This document shows positions 42,505 through 51,151 of a stretch of DNA of 54,482 nt, one piece after another (position 1 is the first letter of the stretch; every line of letters begins with the position of its first letter). The notes below the pieces were generated by a model. It was not told the origin of the DNA. It searched no databases and was given only the letters and a program-made list of their open reading frames with translations. Where the stretch lies: assembly GCA_027002405.1 (NCBI GenBank), contig JALWZT010000212.1:1-54482 (forward strand), written 5' to 3'. This DNA comes from Anaerolineae bacterium (GTDB taxonomy: Bacteria; Chloroflexota; Anaerolineae; J102). A program made the position numbers and the translations under genes.

Positions 42505-45500
42505 TCAAAATAAACTCAGTTGCTCGGGGGTATCTTTGGGTTTTCGTTTCTTTTTTATTGCTTGCATGCGTTTGGCTTCCAAAAGCGCGCTTTCGATATC
42601 GTCTACAAAATGCGATCGGGAGTTGGTCATTTCCCGGCCCAGGAGGAAGCGTTTGCGCGCGTGGGTGAGGATGAGTTTGCGTTGGGCCCGGGTCATCCCC
42701 ACGTAGAAAAGCCGTCGTTCCTCCTCCACATCCACCTCTTCCCTCCCCCCATACCAGGGCAATAGGCCCTCCTCGCAGCCCACAATGAACACCACGGGGA
42801 ACTCCAGGCCCTTGGCCGCGTGCAGGGTCATCAACGCCACCCGATCCGCCCGAGGATCGTAGATATCGGTCTCCGTTTGCAAAGCCATATGGGCGAGGAA
42901 TCCCTGGAGGTCCGAGCCAAAGGGACGGGCCAGGCGTCGTAATTTGGAAGCATCCTCTTCCTTCTCCAGGGGCAACACCTGGGTCAACCTGTCCAGCAAT
43001 TGGACCACAGGCACATCGCCCACGTGATGATGCCAGGTCTCGATCTCCAGGGGAACCTGCTTAAGCTGTTGGCGGTGGAGCTGGCTGGAGGGATTGAGGA
43101 TGAGGTGCAGGCCCGCCAACAGGAGGCGTACGGTGGGGCGAGCCGTGAAAGGCCGCTGGCCTACGGTCTGATAGGGGATCCCCAGGCGCTGAAAGGCCTC
43201 GACTAAAACGCTGCTTTGGGCATTCAAGCGGTAAAGGACTGCGAAGTCGCCAAAAGAAAGCTCACTCTCTCGGGTTTCATCCTCCACCCGGCCCGAATCC
43301 AGGGAAAAGTAACTGACACCCCCCATCATGGATTCGATTTGCTGCACCACATACTCGGCCTCGGCTTTATCGGTGGGCGCCTCGTGGATATCGATTTTGA
43401 CTTGTTCCGCGAAATGCGCGATAAGGCGCAGGGCCTCCCGGTCTGGATTTTTCGCGATCACCTGTTGCGCGGCTTCCAGGATGCTGGCCGCGGAACGATA
43501 GTTCATCTGAAGCGCGATTTTGCGGGCGTTGGGGAAATCATCCTGGAAGTGGAGGAAAAAGCGATAATCCGCACCACGGAAGCCATAGATGGCCTGGTCG
43601 GGGTCCCCGATCACGCACACATTGGCGCCACCATCCGCCAACAAGCGCAACAAGCGGTACTGGCCCAGGTTCACATCCTGATATTCGTCCACCGAAATCC
43701 AGCGATAGCGGGCCTGTAATTGGTTCAGGATGTCGGGGCGCGTTTCCAGCAGGCGCACGGTGCGGAAGATGAGGTCATCGAAATCCAGCAAATGGTCCCG
43801 GGCCAGTGCGTCCTGATAGGCTTGATAACGGATGGGAAAGTCGGGGTCGTTGGGGAAGAGCTCGGCCAGGCCCGGGGAGTCGGGGGTAAGAAGATGCTGC
43901 TTGGCCCGAGAAAGATGGTTGAGAAAGCGACGTAAGTCCCTCTTACCGGGGCTTAAGAAGATGCTGCGGACCAGTTGTTCGCGCGAGGTCTCATCCAGGA
44001 TGGCCAGGTTTGCGTCCCCATGTTCCCGTAGGATCTGAGCACCCAAGGCATGAAAGGTGCGGATGGTGATCCGGGACGCGATGGCGTCGCCCACCAGGGC
44101 TTGCAAGCGTTCGCGCATTTCCTCCGCGGCTTTGTTGGTGAAGGTGATGGCCAGGATGGATTCCGGTGGGACGTGGCGATGGAGGATGAGGTAGGCGATG
44201 CGGGTGGTGAGGGTGCGGGTTTTGCCCGCGCCGGGACCGGCGACAATGATCAATGGGCGGTCCACGGTGAGAACGGCTTCCCTTTGGGCGGGGTTGAGAC
44301 CGGCCAGGAGAGAGGGAGCGGCAGGGCTGGGGGATGGCGTGGGGGCAGGTGTGGGAGCCACGGTCATGGCGGGCACCGGGGTTGGTGCTTGCTGGACCAC
44401 GGGTTCGGGCTCCAGGATATCGAACAGGGTGGGTTCGGGCGCAGCTTGAGAAGGCGTTTCAAACAAAGCGGCCTGTTCGTGGGCCTGCTCCTCGGGAGGG
44501 AAGACTCGAATCACCCCATATTCGCCATCGTAGCCCGGCTGAGCGATGATGTCCCTCCGCCGCATGCGGTCGATGCCCTCTGCCAAACGTGCGCCTCCAA
44601 CTCGGGCAATGTCTTCCAGGGGGAGGTCGAATAAAATCTGGAGCTCGGGCCCCAGGACCCCCAGTATCCGGTCGTATTCCCTTTTCACTCGCTTGCTGTG
44701 GGGGCCTACTCCCTGGATTTCTGAAAGGATCTCGGGCAGGGGGATGAGGCTGTAGTAAGGGGCCGCGTTGGGTTTGGGTTCCCCCGCGGGCCTATCGGCC
44801 AGGGATTCGACCCGATGCATGACCCCCACCGTGACCGGTTTGCCACACACCGGACAAATCCCCTGGTGGGCCAGGGTGGTTTGAGGGTCCCAGACCACCC
44901 CGCATTTGCGGTGCCCGTCGTAATGATATTTCCCTTCCTCGGGGAAGAATTCCAGGGTGCCCAGATAGCGGTTCGGGTCGTGGGTACGCAGGGCGTCGAA
45001 GAGGGGATCGTATCCAAGTTCGATATCGAAGAGGGTGGCTTCTCGGGCCAGTTTGGCCGGGGAATGGGCATCGGAGCTGGAAATGAGCGCGTAGCGGTCC
45101 AGGCTGGACACCCGCCAATTCATGGGCGGATCGGAAGAAAGCCCGGTTTCCAGGGCAAAGATGTGGGGAGTCAGGTCCGCAAAGGCTTCTTCCACGCTAT
45201 CAAAGCCCGATTTAGAGCCCAAAAGGGCAAACCAGGGGGTCCAGATATGGGCGGGGATCAGGTGGTTGCGAGGGCTGATTTCGAGGATGATCTCCAGAAG
45301 GTCTCGGGAATCCAGGCCTAGGATGGGCCGGCCATCAGAGCGGATGTTGCCGATTTTTTCCAGCTCAGCCTGGATGCGGGCCACGGTTTCGAAATCGGGC
45401 GCGAAAATGACATTGTGGATTTTGCGCACCTTTCCCCCGCGTTTGTAGATGTTGCTGATCTCCCCGGCCAGGAGAAAACGCACAGGGTGGTCTTGACATG

Positions 45501-45741
45501 CGGGCGGCACCTGGTCCCGAATGGCCTTTTCGACCTCGGGCTTGAGTTGATAGAGCCCCTCTTCGGCGGGTTCCAGGCTTTCTTGCATTTCGGCCAGCCA
45601 GCCAGGATGTGCGATATCCCCGGTGCCCACAATGTGGATGCCTTTGCGGCGGGCCCAGATGGCCAGGTGGGGGATATCCAACGTTTTGCTGGTGGCCCGG
45701 GAAAAGTGGGAATGAATGTGGAGGTCGGCGATGAGTTTCAT
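42505..45741 (-). CDS. EndoQ-like PHP-domain nuclease fused to a UvrD/PcrA-type SF1 helicase
   Basis: Starting at ATG 45741 gives MKLIADLHIHSHFSRATSKTLD (PHP/EndoQ-type) with the zinc finger GICPVCGKPVTVGVMHRVE. A Pro/Ala linker follows. Helicase motifs are AGPGAGKTRTL (I), VDEYQDVN (II), MNYRS, TLHAAKGLEFPVVFIVG and FYVGMTRAQRKL (VI). Confidence 0.8.
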   Translation of the reverse strand: MKLIADLHIHSHFSRATSKTLDIPHLAIWARRKGIHIVGTGDIAHPGWLAEMQESLEPAEEGLYQLKPEVEKAIRDQVPPACQDHPVRFLLAGEISNIYKRGGKVRKIHNVIFAPDFETVARIQAELEKIGNIRSDGRPILGLDSRDLLEIILEISPRNHLIPAHIWTPWFALLGSKSGFDSVEEAFADLTPHIFALETGLSSDPPMNWRVSSLDRYALISSSDAHSPAKLAREATLFDIELGYDPLFDALRTHDPNRYLGTLEFFPEEGKYHYDGHRKCGVVWDPQTTLAHQGICPVCGKPVTVGVMHRVESLADRPAGEPKPNAAPYYSLIPLPEILSEIQGVGPHSKRVKREYDRILGVLGPELQILFDLPLEDIARVGGARLAEGIDRMRRRDIIAQPGYDGEYGVIRVFPPEEQAHEQAALFETPSQAAPEPTLFDILEPEPVVQQAPTPVPAMTVAPTPAPTPSPSPAAPSLLAGLNPAQREAVLTVDRPLIIVAGPGAGKTRTLTTRIAYLILHRHVPPESILAITFTNKAAEEMRERLQALVGDAIASRITIRTFHALGAQILREHGDANLAILDETSREQLVRSIFLSPGKRDLRRFLNHLSRAKQHLLTPDSPGLAELFPNDPDFPIRYQAYQDALARDHLLDFDDLIFRTVRLLETRPDILNQLQARYRWISVDEYQDVNLGQYRLLRLLADGGANVCVIGDPDQAIYGFRGADYRFFLHFQDDFPNARKIALQMNYRSAASILEAAQQVIAKNPDREALRLIAHFAEQVKIDIHEAPTDKAEAEYVVQQIESMMGGVSYFSLDSGRVEDETRESELSFGDFAVLYRLNAQSSVLVEAFQRLGIPYQTVGQRPFTARPTVRLLLAGLHLILNPSSQLHRQQLKQVPLEIETWHHHVGDVPVVQLLDRLTQVLPLEKEEDASKLRRLARPFGSDLQGFLAHMALQTETDIYDPRADRVALMTLHAAKGLEFPVVFIVGCEEGLLPWYGGREEVDVEEERRLFYVGMTRAQRKLILTHARKRFLLGREMTNSRSHFVDDIESALLEAKRMQAIKKKRKPKDTPEQLSLF

Positions 45742-45870
45742 AGTTTGGGATTGTAGCCGTATCTGCGGGCCAGAGCAAATATCCGGGTTTGCATGAGCCC
45801 CGGGCAATGAGGTGTGGAGAGACCTTTTTCTCGCAAGCTCGAAAAGCGTGTATAATCCATGGGGAACGTC

Positions 45871-46107
45871 TCTGCTTTCAAAACAGTCTTCACGAACGGC
45901 AGTTCGCCGATACGAATGAAAACGTCTCGCGGCCAGGCTGGCGCGGGAAGCCGAGTTCGTGATGCGTAATACGTAATGCGTAATGAGCTCACGTTTTACG
46001 TTTCACGCATCACGCCCGTTGGTGCCTCGCCCAACGTGGGCCTGGCGATCTTAATCCTAATCCTAATCCTAATCCTAATCCTGATCCGAATCCTATTTTC
46101 AAAACAG
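45871..46107. repeat. modular intergenic repeat locus R11 (inverted orientation: linker, B/C, A, terminus)
   Basis: ctgctttcaaaacag...gttcgccgatacgaatgaaaac...ctcgcggccaggctggcgcgggaagccgag...gatgcgtaatacgtaatgcgtaatgagctcacgttttacgtttcacgcatcacgcccgttg...cccaacgtgggcctggcgatc. CCTAAT hexamers 46051-46093. ctattttcaaaacag 46093-46107. Confidence 0.9.
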
Positions 46108-46118
46108 GAGTCCCTTCC

Positions 46119-46880
46119 ATGCCATTCATTGATCTTTCCGCCCCCATTGCTCCCAGCCCGGAGGGCACGCCTCCCTTCCTGCGCGTCGAGATCGCATATC
46201 ATGATCACGCCCAAGGCGCGGCTCAGGCCCAGGCCCTGCTCAAGGTCCCTCCCCAGGTCTTCCGCCGGGGGGAAGGCTGGGCCACGGAAACCATCACCCG
46301 TCTGGGTACTCACGACACCACCCATGTGGATGCCCCCTGGCATTACAATCGGGAGATCCAGGGCCAGCCTGCCCCTACCATCGACCAGCTCCCGTTGGAA
46401 TGGTTCTTCTCCGATGGCGTGGTCTTTGACTTCACCCACAAAGCGGACGGTGATGCCATTACCGTGGAGGAAATCCAGGCCCAGCTCCAAGCCATGGATT
46501 ACACGCTGAAACCCCTGGATATTGTGCTGATGCACACGGGACGGGATCAATTCTACAACCAGCCCGATTATCTTTTCCGCGGCCCGGGCGTCACCCCCGA
46601 AGCCACCCGTTGGCTCTATGAGCAGGGTGTGCGGGTCATGGGGATTGATGCCTGGGGCTGGGATCAGCCGCTCAATATCCAGGCCCAACGCGCGTTAGAA
46701 GCGGGCGGCAAGCCGGGCATCTTCTGGGCTGCCCATCAGGTGGACCTCCCTTACGCTCAGATCGAACGCCTGGTCAACCTCCACCAACTTCCCCCTTTGG
46801 GGTTCAAGGTTGCCTGTTTCCCGTTAAAAATTCGCGGAGGCAGTGCGGGCCCGGCCCGGGTGGTGGCTATCTTGCCGTAG
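46119..46880 (+). CDS. cyclase-family protein (kynurenine formamidase-like metal hydrolase)
   Basis: 253 aa with the HxGTHxDxPxH-like motif LGTHDTTHVDAPWHY. SD GGAG (46107-46110) overlaps the repeat terminus. Confidence 0.75.
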   Translation: MPFIDLSAPIAPSPEGTPPFLRVEIAYHDHAQGAAQAQALLKVPPQVFRRGEGWATETITRLGTHDTTHVDAPWHYNREIQGQPAPTIDQLPLEWFFSDGVVFDFTHKADGDAITVEEIQAQLQAMDYTLKPLDIVLMHTGRDQFYNQPDYLFRGPGVTPEATRWLYEQGVRVMGIDAWGWDQPLNIQAQRALEAGGKPGIFWAAHQVDLPYAQIERLVNLHQLPPLGFKVACFPLKIRGGSAGPARVVAILP

Positions 46881-48045
46881 GGGGTTGGCCGGCATACGCG
46901 TGCAGATGGGCCTCGGCAATCGCGTCCCATTGGAATTTGCGGGCCAGGGCCTTGGCCCGGGCGCCCAATCGATGTCGCAGGGGGGCATCCTTTAGGAGCC
47001 GTTCGACCGCACCTGCCATGGCCTGGGCGTCCTGGGCTGGGGCCAGAAGCAGGGTCTCGCCATCTACCAGGTCCGGGTAGGGAACCGCGGGTGGGGTGGT
47101 GACAATGGCCATGCCGTGTTCCAGCGCGGCCATAAAACTCCCACGGCGATAGGATGCCCCATCCTGATAGGGCAGCAGGCACACATCCGCGCTATGAAAC
47201 GCGGCCGAAACCTGCTCCTTCGGCATATGCCCGGTCCAATGCACCCGGGCTCCCAATTGCGCTTCGGCGATCCGGGCTTCTACTTTTTGCAAATACGCGT
47301 GATTGGTGGCATCCGAGGCCCCCACCCGGCCCCCGATCATCAGCAAATGTGCGTTCAAACCTCGGGCTACCAATTGGGCCAATACCTCCACTAGCTTTTC
47401 TCCCCCTTTGCTGGCGTTGAGAAAACCAAAATAACAGACCACCACCGCCTCGGGGGGGATCCCCCAGCGGGTTCGCCAGGCAGCTCTTTCAAAATCTGCG
47501 GGAGGCGCGTCGGGAATGTTGCTGCCAATGGGGATCTCGATCCCATCCGGTCGGATGGATCGAAGTTGGAGGGTATCTTCGGGATTGGTGGTGATGGCCA
47601 GATCCAGGGTTCGGGCCAGGGTGTATGTCACCCATCGCCTGAGCCCAAACCAATGGGCCTTGGGGAAAAGATACGGCACCAGAAGATCGTGGAATGTCAC
47701 CGCGGTGAGGGCCCGGGGCCGTTGAGACCAGGGGCGCCAGGCCCATAAATTGATGGCAGGATGCATGGCAAAGGCCGCGGTCTGGTATTGGATATGCACC
47801 ACGTCGGGCTGCCAGTCGGCGGTGAATGCATCCAACACATCCCACAGGCCCCATCCCCAACCTTCTACCCAAGGGAACACCTGAATCCCTTCGTCCACAG
47901 GGGCCTGGGCCGCGTGGATGGATGTTAAAATCCCGACCTCTTGATTCAAATCGACCAGGGCCCGCGCCAGGGCCCGGGTGTAATCCGCCACGCCCCCTTG
48001 CATGGGGGGATACTCGCCGGTTACCAGGAGGATCCGTCGGGTCAT
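46867..48045 (-). CDS. GT-B glycosyltransferase, family 4 type
   Basis: 392 aa. MTRRILLVTGEYPPMQGGVADYTRALARAL is a GT4 N-terminal domain. The C-terminal domain has a Glycos_transf_1-like layout. Confidence 0.8.
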   Translation of the reverse strand: MTRRILLVTGEYPPMQGGVADYTRALARALVDLNQEVGILTSIHAAQAPVDEGIQVFPWVEGWGWGLWDVLDAFTADWQPDVVHIQYQTAAFAMHPAINLWAWRPWSQRPRALTAVTFHDLLVPYLFPKAHWFGLRRWVTYTLARTLDLAITTNPEDTLQLRSIRPDGIEIPIGSNIPDAPPADFERAAWRTRWGIPPEAVVVCYFGFLNASKGGEKLVEVLAQLVARGLNAHLLMIGGRVGASDATNHAYLQKVEARIAEAQLGARVHWTGHMPKEQVSAAFHSADVCLLPYQDGASYRRGSFMAALEHGMAIVTTPPAVPYPDLVDGETLLLAPAQDAQAMAGAVERLLKDAPLRHRLGARAKALARKFQWDAIAEAHLHAYAGQPPTAR

Positions 48046-48872
48046 AGGGAAACTTCTGTCGCGGCAGCCAGTTGCAAAGCCTGGCGCAGTTCTGGGGTCG
48101 GTGAGGCCGGGATGGGAAGGACCCAGGTGCGTTCCAGTGGATGACGGGCCGCCAGCTCTTGACGTAAGGCCTGGATTTTGTCCCAGGGGATGGGCGGCGG
48201 GGTGAAAACCACAAAGAATGAGGTGGCGGTTAGAGTTTGACGAAACCCATAGCGTTGCACCCAGTCTGCCACCGAGATTTGTCCGGGCGCGGAAGCCTGG
48301 TCCAGGGAAGCAAAGGTGAGGAAAGCGCGGCCAAAGCGGGGCGCGAGCAAACGAGTTGCCACCCCGGCTTCGCCCATGGCAATGGCAATGGCCGGACCTT
48401 GGGCCTGATGCAACCAGGTCAAGGGCGGCAAAACATCCCGAACTTCATGGGCCATCCCCACCAGTTTGGCCACTCCTGCGCCCAGGTGGCGCATGCGCCT
48501 TTCCCAACCGGGCCAATCCCTCAACATGCCTTGAAAATCGTGTTTAGAAAGGATGATCCGGGCCCTTGCATCCCTGAGCGAGGGGTGTTTTTCCCAGGTT
48601 GTCAACTCGATATCCACCCAATGGGACGTTTGCAAGGCCTGACGCAAAATCTCCAGCCGCTCCCTTTCGGAACCTTGAAAATGGCCTCCTTCCCAGGAGG
48701 GGCGGCATGTGAAAATGGCAGGGATGGGGGTTTCCCGGGCCAGGCGCGGCACATCCACCCGCGTCATCCAATCCAAACGAAATTCCGCCAGAGTCACCTC
48801 TGACGGAAGATCACGAGCTTTATCCAGGGCTTCGGCGGGATCGGAAGCAACGATCGCAACCGCAAGGTGCAC
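48042..48872 (-). CDS. aroD: type I 3-dehydroquinate dehydratase with a C-terminal ~40-50-aa extension
   Basis: A GTG start at 48872, 4 nt after the tatA stop, gives VHLAVAIVASDPAEALDKARDL...LAEFRLDWM...IILSKHDF...VAKLVGMA (Schiff-base Lys context). The upstream part of ORF 48042..49025 overlaps tatA. Confidence 0.7.
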   Translation of the reverse strand: MHLAVAIVASDPAEALDKARDLPSEVTLAEFRLDWMTRVDVPRLARETPIPAIFTCRPSWEGGHFQGSERERLEILRQALQTSHWVDIELTTWEKHPSLRDARARIILSKHDFQGMLRDWPGWERRMRHLGAGVAKLVGMAHEVRDVLPPLTWLHQAQGPAIAIAMGEAGVATRLLAPRFGRAFLTFASLDQASAPGQISVADWVQRYGFRQTLTATSFFVVFTPPPIPWDKIQALRQELAARHPLERTWVLPIPASPTPELRQALQLAAATEVSL

Positions 48873-48876
48873 CGAA

Positions 48877-49065
48877 TTAGCTGGCTTGCGGGGTGTTGGT
48901 GGAATCTTTGGGGGTTTTCTCCTTGGCATCATCCGTGCTGGCGGCCTCGCGAAATTCGCGAATGCCTTCGCCCATGGAACGGAACACCTCGGGGAGTTTC
49001 CCCGCGCCAAAGATGAGCAAGACAATAACCAGAATCAAACCGAGTTCAAGGGGTCCGAGTTGCAT
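48877..49065 (-). CDS. tatA: twin-arginine translocase TatA/E subunit
   Basis: 62 aa: MQLGPLELGLILVIVLLIFGAGKLPEVFRSMGEGIREFREA. Confidence 0.9.
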   Translation of the reverse strand: MQLGPLELGLILVIVLLIFGAGKLPEVFRSMGEGIREFREAASTDDAKEKTPKDSTNTPQAS

Positions 49066-49579
49066 GAGAATCGCCTCCAGGAGGGATAGAAGGAAAGGTT
49101 GTTGCGAGTATTATAACATCTTCTTCCTGGAAGGCCAATCTAGAATCCGTTATGAACTTATCGCCAATTTGACGCGATTTTGTGGATGACGAGCATTTCA
49201 ATTCCATATCCACCTTATGGCCCGCTATTCGAAGCACCTCCACGGCTGTCTCCAAATCCCTCTCCCTCACCAACAGATAGTCTGTCTCGTATGTGGACAC
49301 GACAAAGATGCTTACCCCCGCCCTTGCCAGAGGCTCTGCCAGCGACAAAAGCACCCCCGTCTCTTCAAAGTCCAAAGGTCCCTCCACCTTCAAACCTCGC
49401 CATCCCCTCTCTGCACGCACCTCCCTCGGTATACACGCGGCAGAACATACGATAGACAACTCCTCTGGCGTCCTCGTAATAGAGAAAAAGTCACTTTCTT
49501 TCGCCCAAGCTGGGATCCCAGCGGAGCTCTCGAGACGACATATGCCGAGCTTTTCTTGAAGAACCGATAACGTCAACAT
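49046..49579 (-). CDS. ACT-domain (ACT_7/CASTOR-like) protein
   Basis: 177 aa: LGICRLESSAGIPAWAKESDFFSITRTPEELSIVC...WRGLKVEGPLDFEETGVLLSLAEPLARAGVSIFVVSTYETDYLLV. Confidence 0.65.
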   Translation of the reverse strand: MLTLSVLQEKLGICRLESSAGIPAWAKESDFFSITRTPEELSIVCSAACIPREVRAERGWRGLKVEGPLDFEETGVLLSLAEPLARAGVSIFVVSTYETDYLLVRERDLETAVEVLRIAGHKVDMELKCSSSTKSRQIGDKFITDSRLAFQEEDVIILATTFPSIPPGGDSHATRTP

Positions 49580-49613
49580 CGACCTTTACCACTTCTTTAA
49601 TCATGCATGCATT

Positions 49614-49700
49614 TTACAGAACTTCCAAGGCCTGACAGGCTTCTGCGATGCCCCGGGCCACATCAATCAGAATATCGGTATCTACCAGCAGCTCGGCCAT
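49614..49700 (-). pseudogene. 28-codon PIN-domain N-terminal fragment
   Basis: MAELLVDTDILIDVARGIAEACQALEVL then stop. It has the LxDT-x-I-x-I PIN N-terminal signature only. Confidence 0.45.
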
Positions 49701-49896
49701 TATCCTTGCCACTCTCTATGACGCAAGTGGGCCCGAGGCTGAACTTCCATGCCCCGTAGTAAAGTTCACCAATAGCCATGCAGGGGATAAAAATTTCGCT
49801 TGCTTGCTCCAGCTTTTCCATCACCGCAGCGTCAGCGGCGAACAGAGCAATAATGACACGGGTGTCTAACAGATATCTACCATTCATTGACATCAA
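49663..49896 (-). pseudogene. truncated VapC-like PIN-domain toxin
   Basis: 77 aa. RYLLDTRVIIALF...IFIPCMAIGELYYGAWKF is a good PIN N-terminal half. PIN similarity is then lost and the ORF stops, whereas PIN toxins are usually about 130 aa. Confidence 0.6.
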
Positions 49897-50104
49897 TCTG
49901 TTCGCATCCCTGCTCTATCGCTTGGCGCATCTGTTTCACATCCTCTAAAGGGATGGCACCCGCAAAGCGCAAAAGTTGACGCCCCGGAACACCATGGGGC
50001 GCAGACAGCCCTAAAGTACGAGTGAACTCCAGTACCCGCCACCGCGACTCATGGGGCAAGGCTCTGAGCCGTTCAATTATCTCGTCGATCACCGTTGTGC
50101 TCAT
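49877..50104 (-). CDS. VapB-type antitoxin-like small protein
   Basis: Start at ATG 50104 (SD AGAGGA). MSTTVIDEIIERLRALPHESRWRVLEFTRTL...IEQGCEQIDVNEW. It overlaps the PIN gene start by 20 nt. Confidence 0.6.
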   Translation of the reverse strand: MSTTVIDEIIERLRALPHESRWRVLEFTRTLGLSAPHGVPGRQLLRFAGAIPLEDVKQMRQAIEQGCEQIDVNEW

Positions 50105-50250
50105 TGTACATTCCTCTTTGGCAGGGATTTGCCGAGCCAGCATCGGGGGATTAAGTTTCCGGATTAGAAACAGCACTCCTGCGGAGGGTGCGGGAATCAT
50201 CCAGTGCCGTTCTGGTGCCCGGCGACTTCATCGCTGGGCGGCCTTCCTGA

Positions 50251-50366
50251 ATTTTACCACGCTGCCAGCGAGTCCGCCACCGCCCGCCGGGCCAACGGCG
50301 CCTCAGACCTTCAAGGTCTCCCACACCCGCCCGATACGAACAACCCGCGGCCACGGGCCGACGCTG
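50251..50366. repeat. GC-rich TA-island repeat, copy A (Y then X segment)
   Basis: attttaccacgctgc...caccgcccgccgggcc is followed by cagaccttcaaggtctcccacacccgcccgatacgaacaacccgcggccacgggccgacgc. Related copies are at 51427-51575, 51757-51794 and 52865-52900. Confidence 0.7.
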
Positions 50367-50504
50367 GGAGTCGCGAGGCCTTTTGCCAACCGCAATTGGC
50401 CTTGCCGGGGTTGGAAGAACATCGGTGGGAAGAGTATAACGTCAGAAATACCGGTCTTCGAACTGAGCTGCAAATGCTACAAGTCATGAGCCCAAAATCT
50501 TCAT

Positions 50505-50714
50505 CTACCCGGCCTTTTGCTCTCTCAATTGCATAGCCTTACGGCTGATTTCTTCCAGAGTGAACGCCTCATCCAAGTCCTGATGCTGTCGCCAACGCGT
50601 ATAATCAAACCGTTCTCGTTGAATGAGAGAGATAAAACGCTCCGCTTCCACCTCACCAAGGTAGCGTGTAAGAATTTGCAGACCCTTTATCTTGATTTCC
50701 GTATCGGTAATCAT
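50505..50714 (-). CDS. small partner protein of the PIN gene (antitoxin-like, downstream position)
   Basis: 69 aa: MITDTEIKIKGLQILTRYLGEVEAERFISLIQRERFDYTRWRQ. It has a 4-nt ATGA overlap with the PIN gene stop. Confidence 0.6.
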   Translation of the reverse strand: MITDTEIKIKGLQILTRYLGEVEAERFISLIQRERFDYTRWRQHQDLDEAFTLEEISRKAMQLREQKAG

Positions 50715-51151
50715 GACAAAACCTCTTTGATAAATCCAATAGGATCCGTAATCCGGATCTCTGAAATCAATTCTCTCCTCTTCAAAATACCGTCATCCGT
50801 GGTCAAAAAGTAATCAGCCTTTGAAACGATCGCACTGGCAATATGAAGCGCGTCCATTTTCTTAAGGCCGAGTTTCCGTATCTTTTCGGCAATGGCGAGT
50901 AGTTCTTCTCCTTCCACCACGTCTTCCTGAGCATACATTCGCCATGCTCGGATTTGTATCCTTCTCTCACGAAACGGATTCTTGTCGTTTTCATAATCCA
51001 GAATGTATGACCACACGAGTTGAATGGCGCCATTTCGGATCTCTTCCTGGATCATCAGTTTCGCTTCCGCTTCCAGCCGAATGCGTAGTTGGCTCTGATC
51101 ATCAAATGGACGATTGAAACAACAATTGTCGAGATATACTTTACATCCCAT
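50711..51151 (-). CDS. PIN-domain protein
   Basis: Starting at ATG 51151 gives MGCKVYLDNCCFNRPFDDQSQLRIRLEAEA...MDALHIASAIVSKADYFLTTDDGILKR. GC content is visibly lower than in the flanks. Confidence 0.7.
   Translation of the reverse strand: MGCKVYLDNCCFNRPFDDQSQLRIRLEAEAKLMIQEEIRNGAIQLVWSYILDYENDKNPFRERRIQIRAWRMYAQEDVVEGEELLAIAEKIRKLGLKKMDALHIASAIVSKADYFLTTDDGILKRRELISEIRITDPIGFIKEVLS

Noticed and set aside
46051-46093. CCTAAT/CCTGAT hexamer runs resemble telomeric repeats (CCCTAA-like).
   Set aside because: The runs are 25-45 nt long, internal, and embedded in a larger composite element. They are present in both orientations at many intergenic sites. Nothing suggests a chromosome end.
48873-49025. 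N-terminal extension of the aroD ORF to 49025.
   Set aside because: It overlaps the well-supported tatA gene in another frame. A GTG at 48872, right after the tatA stop, gives a normal DHQase N-terminus.
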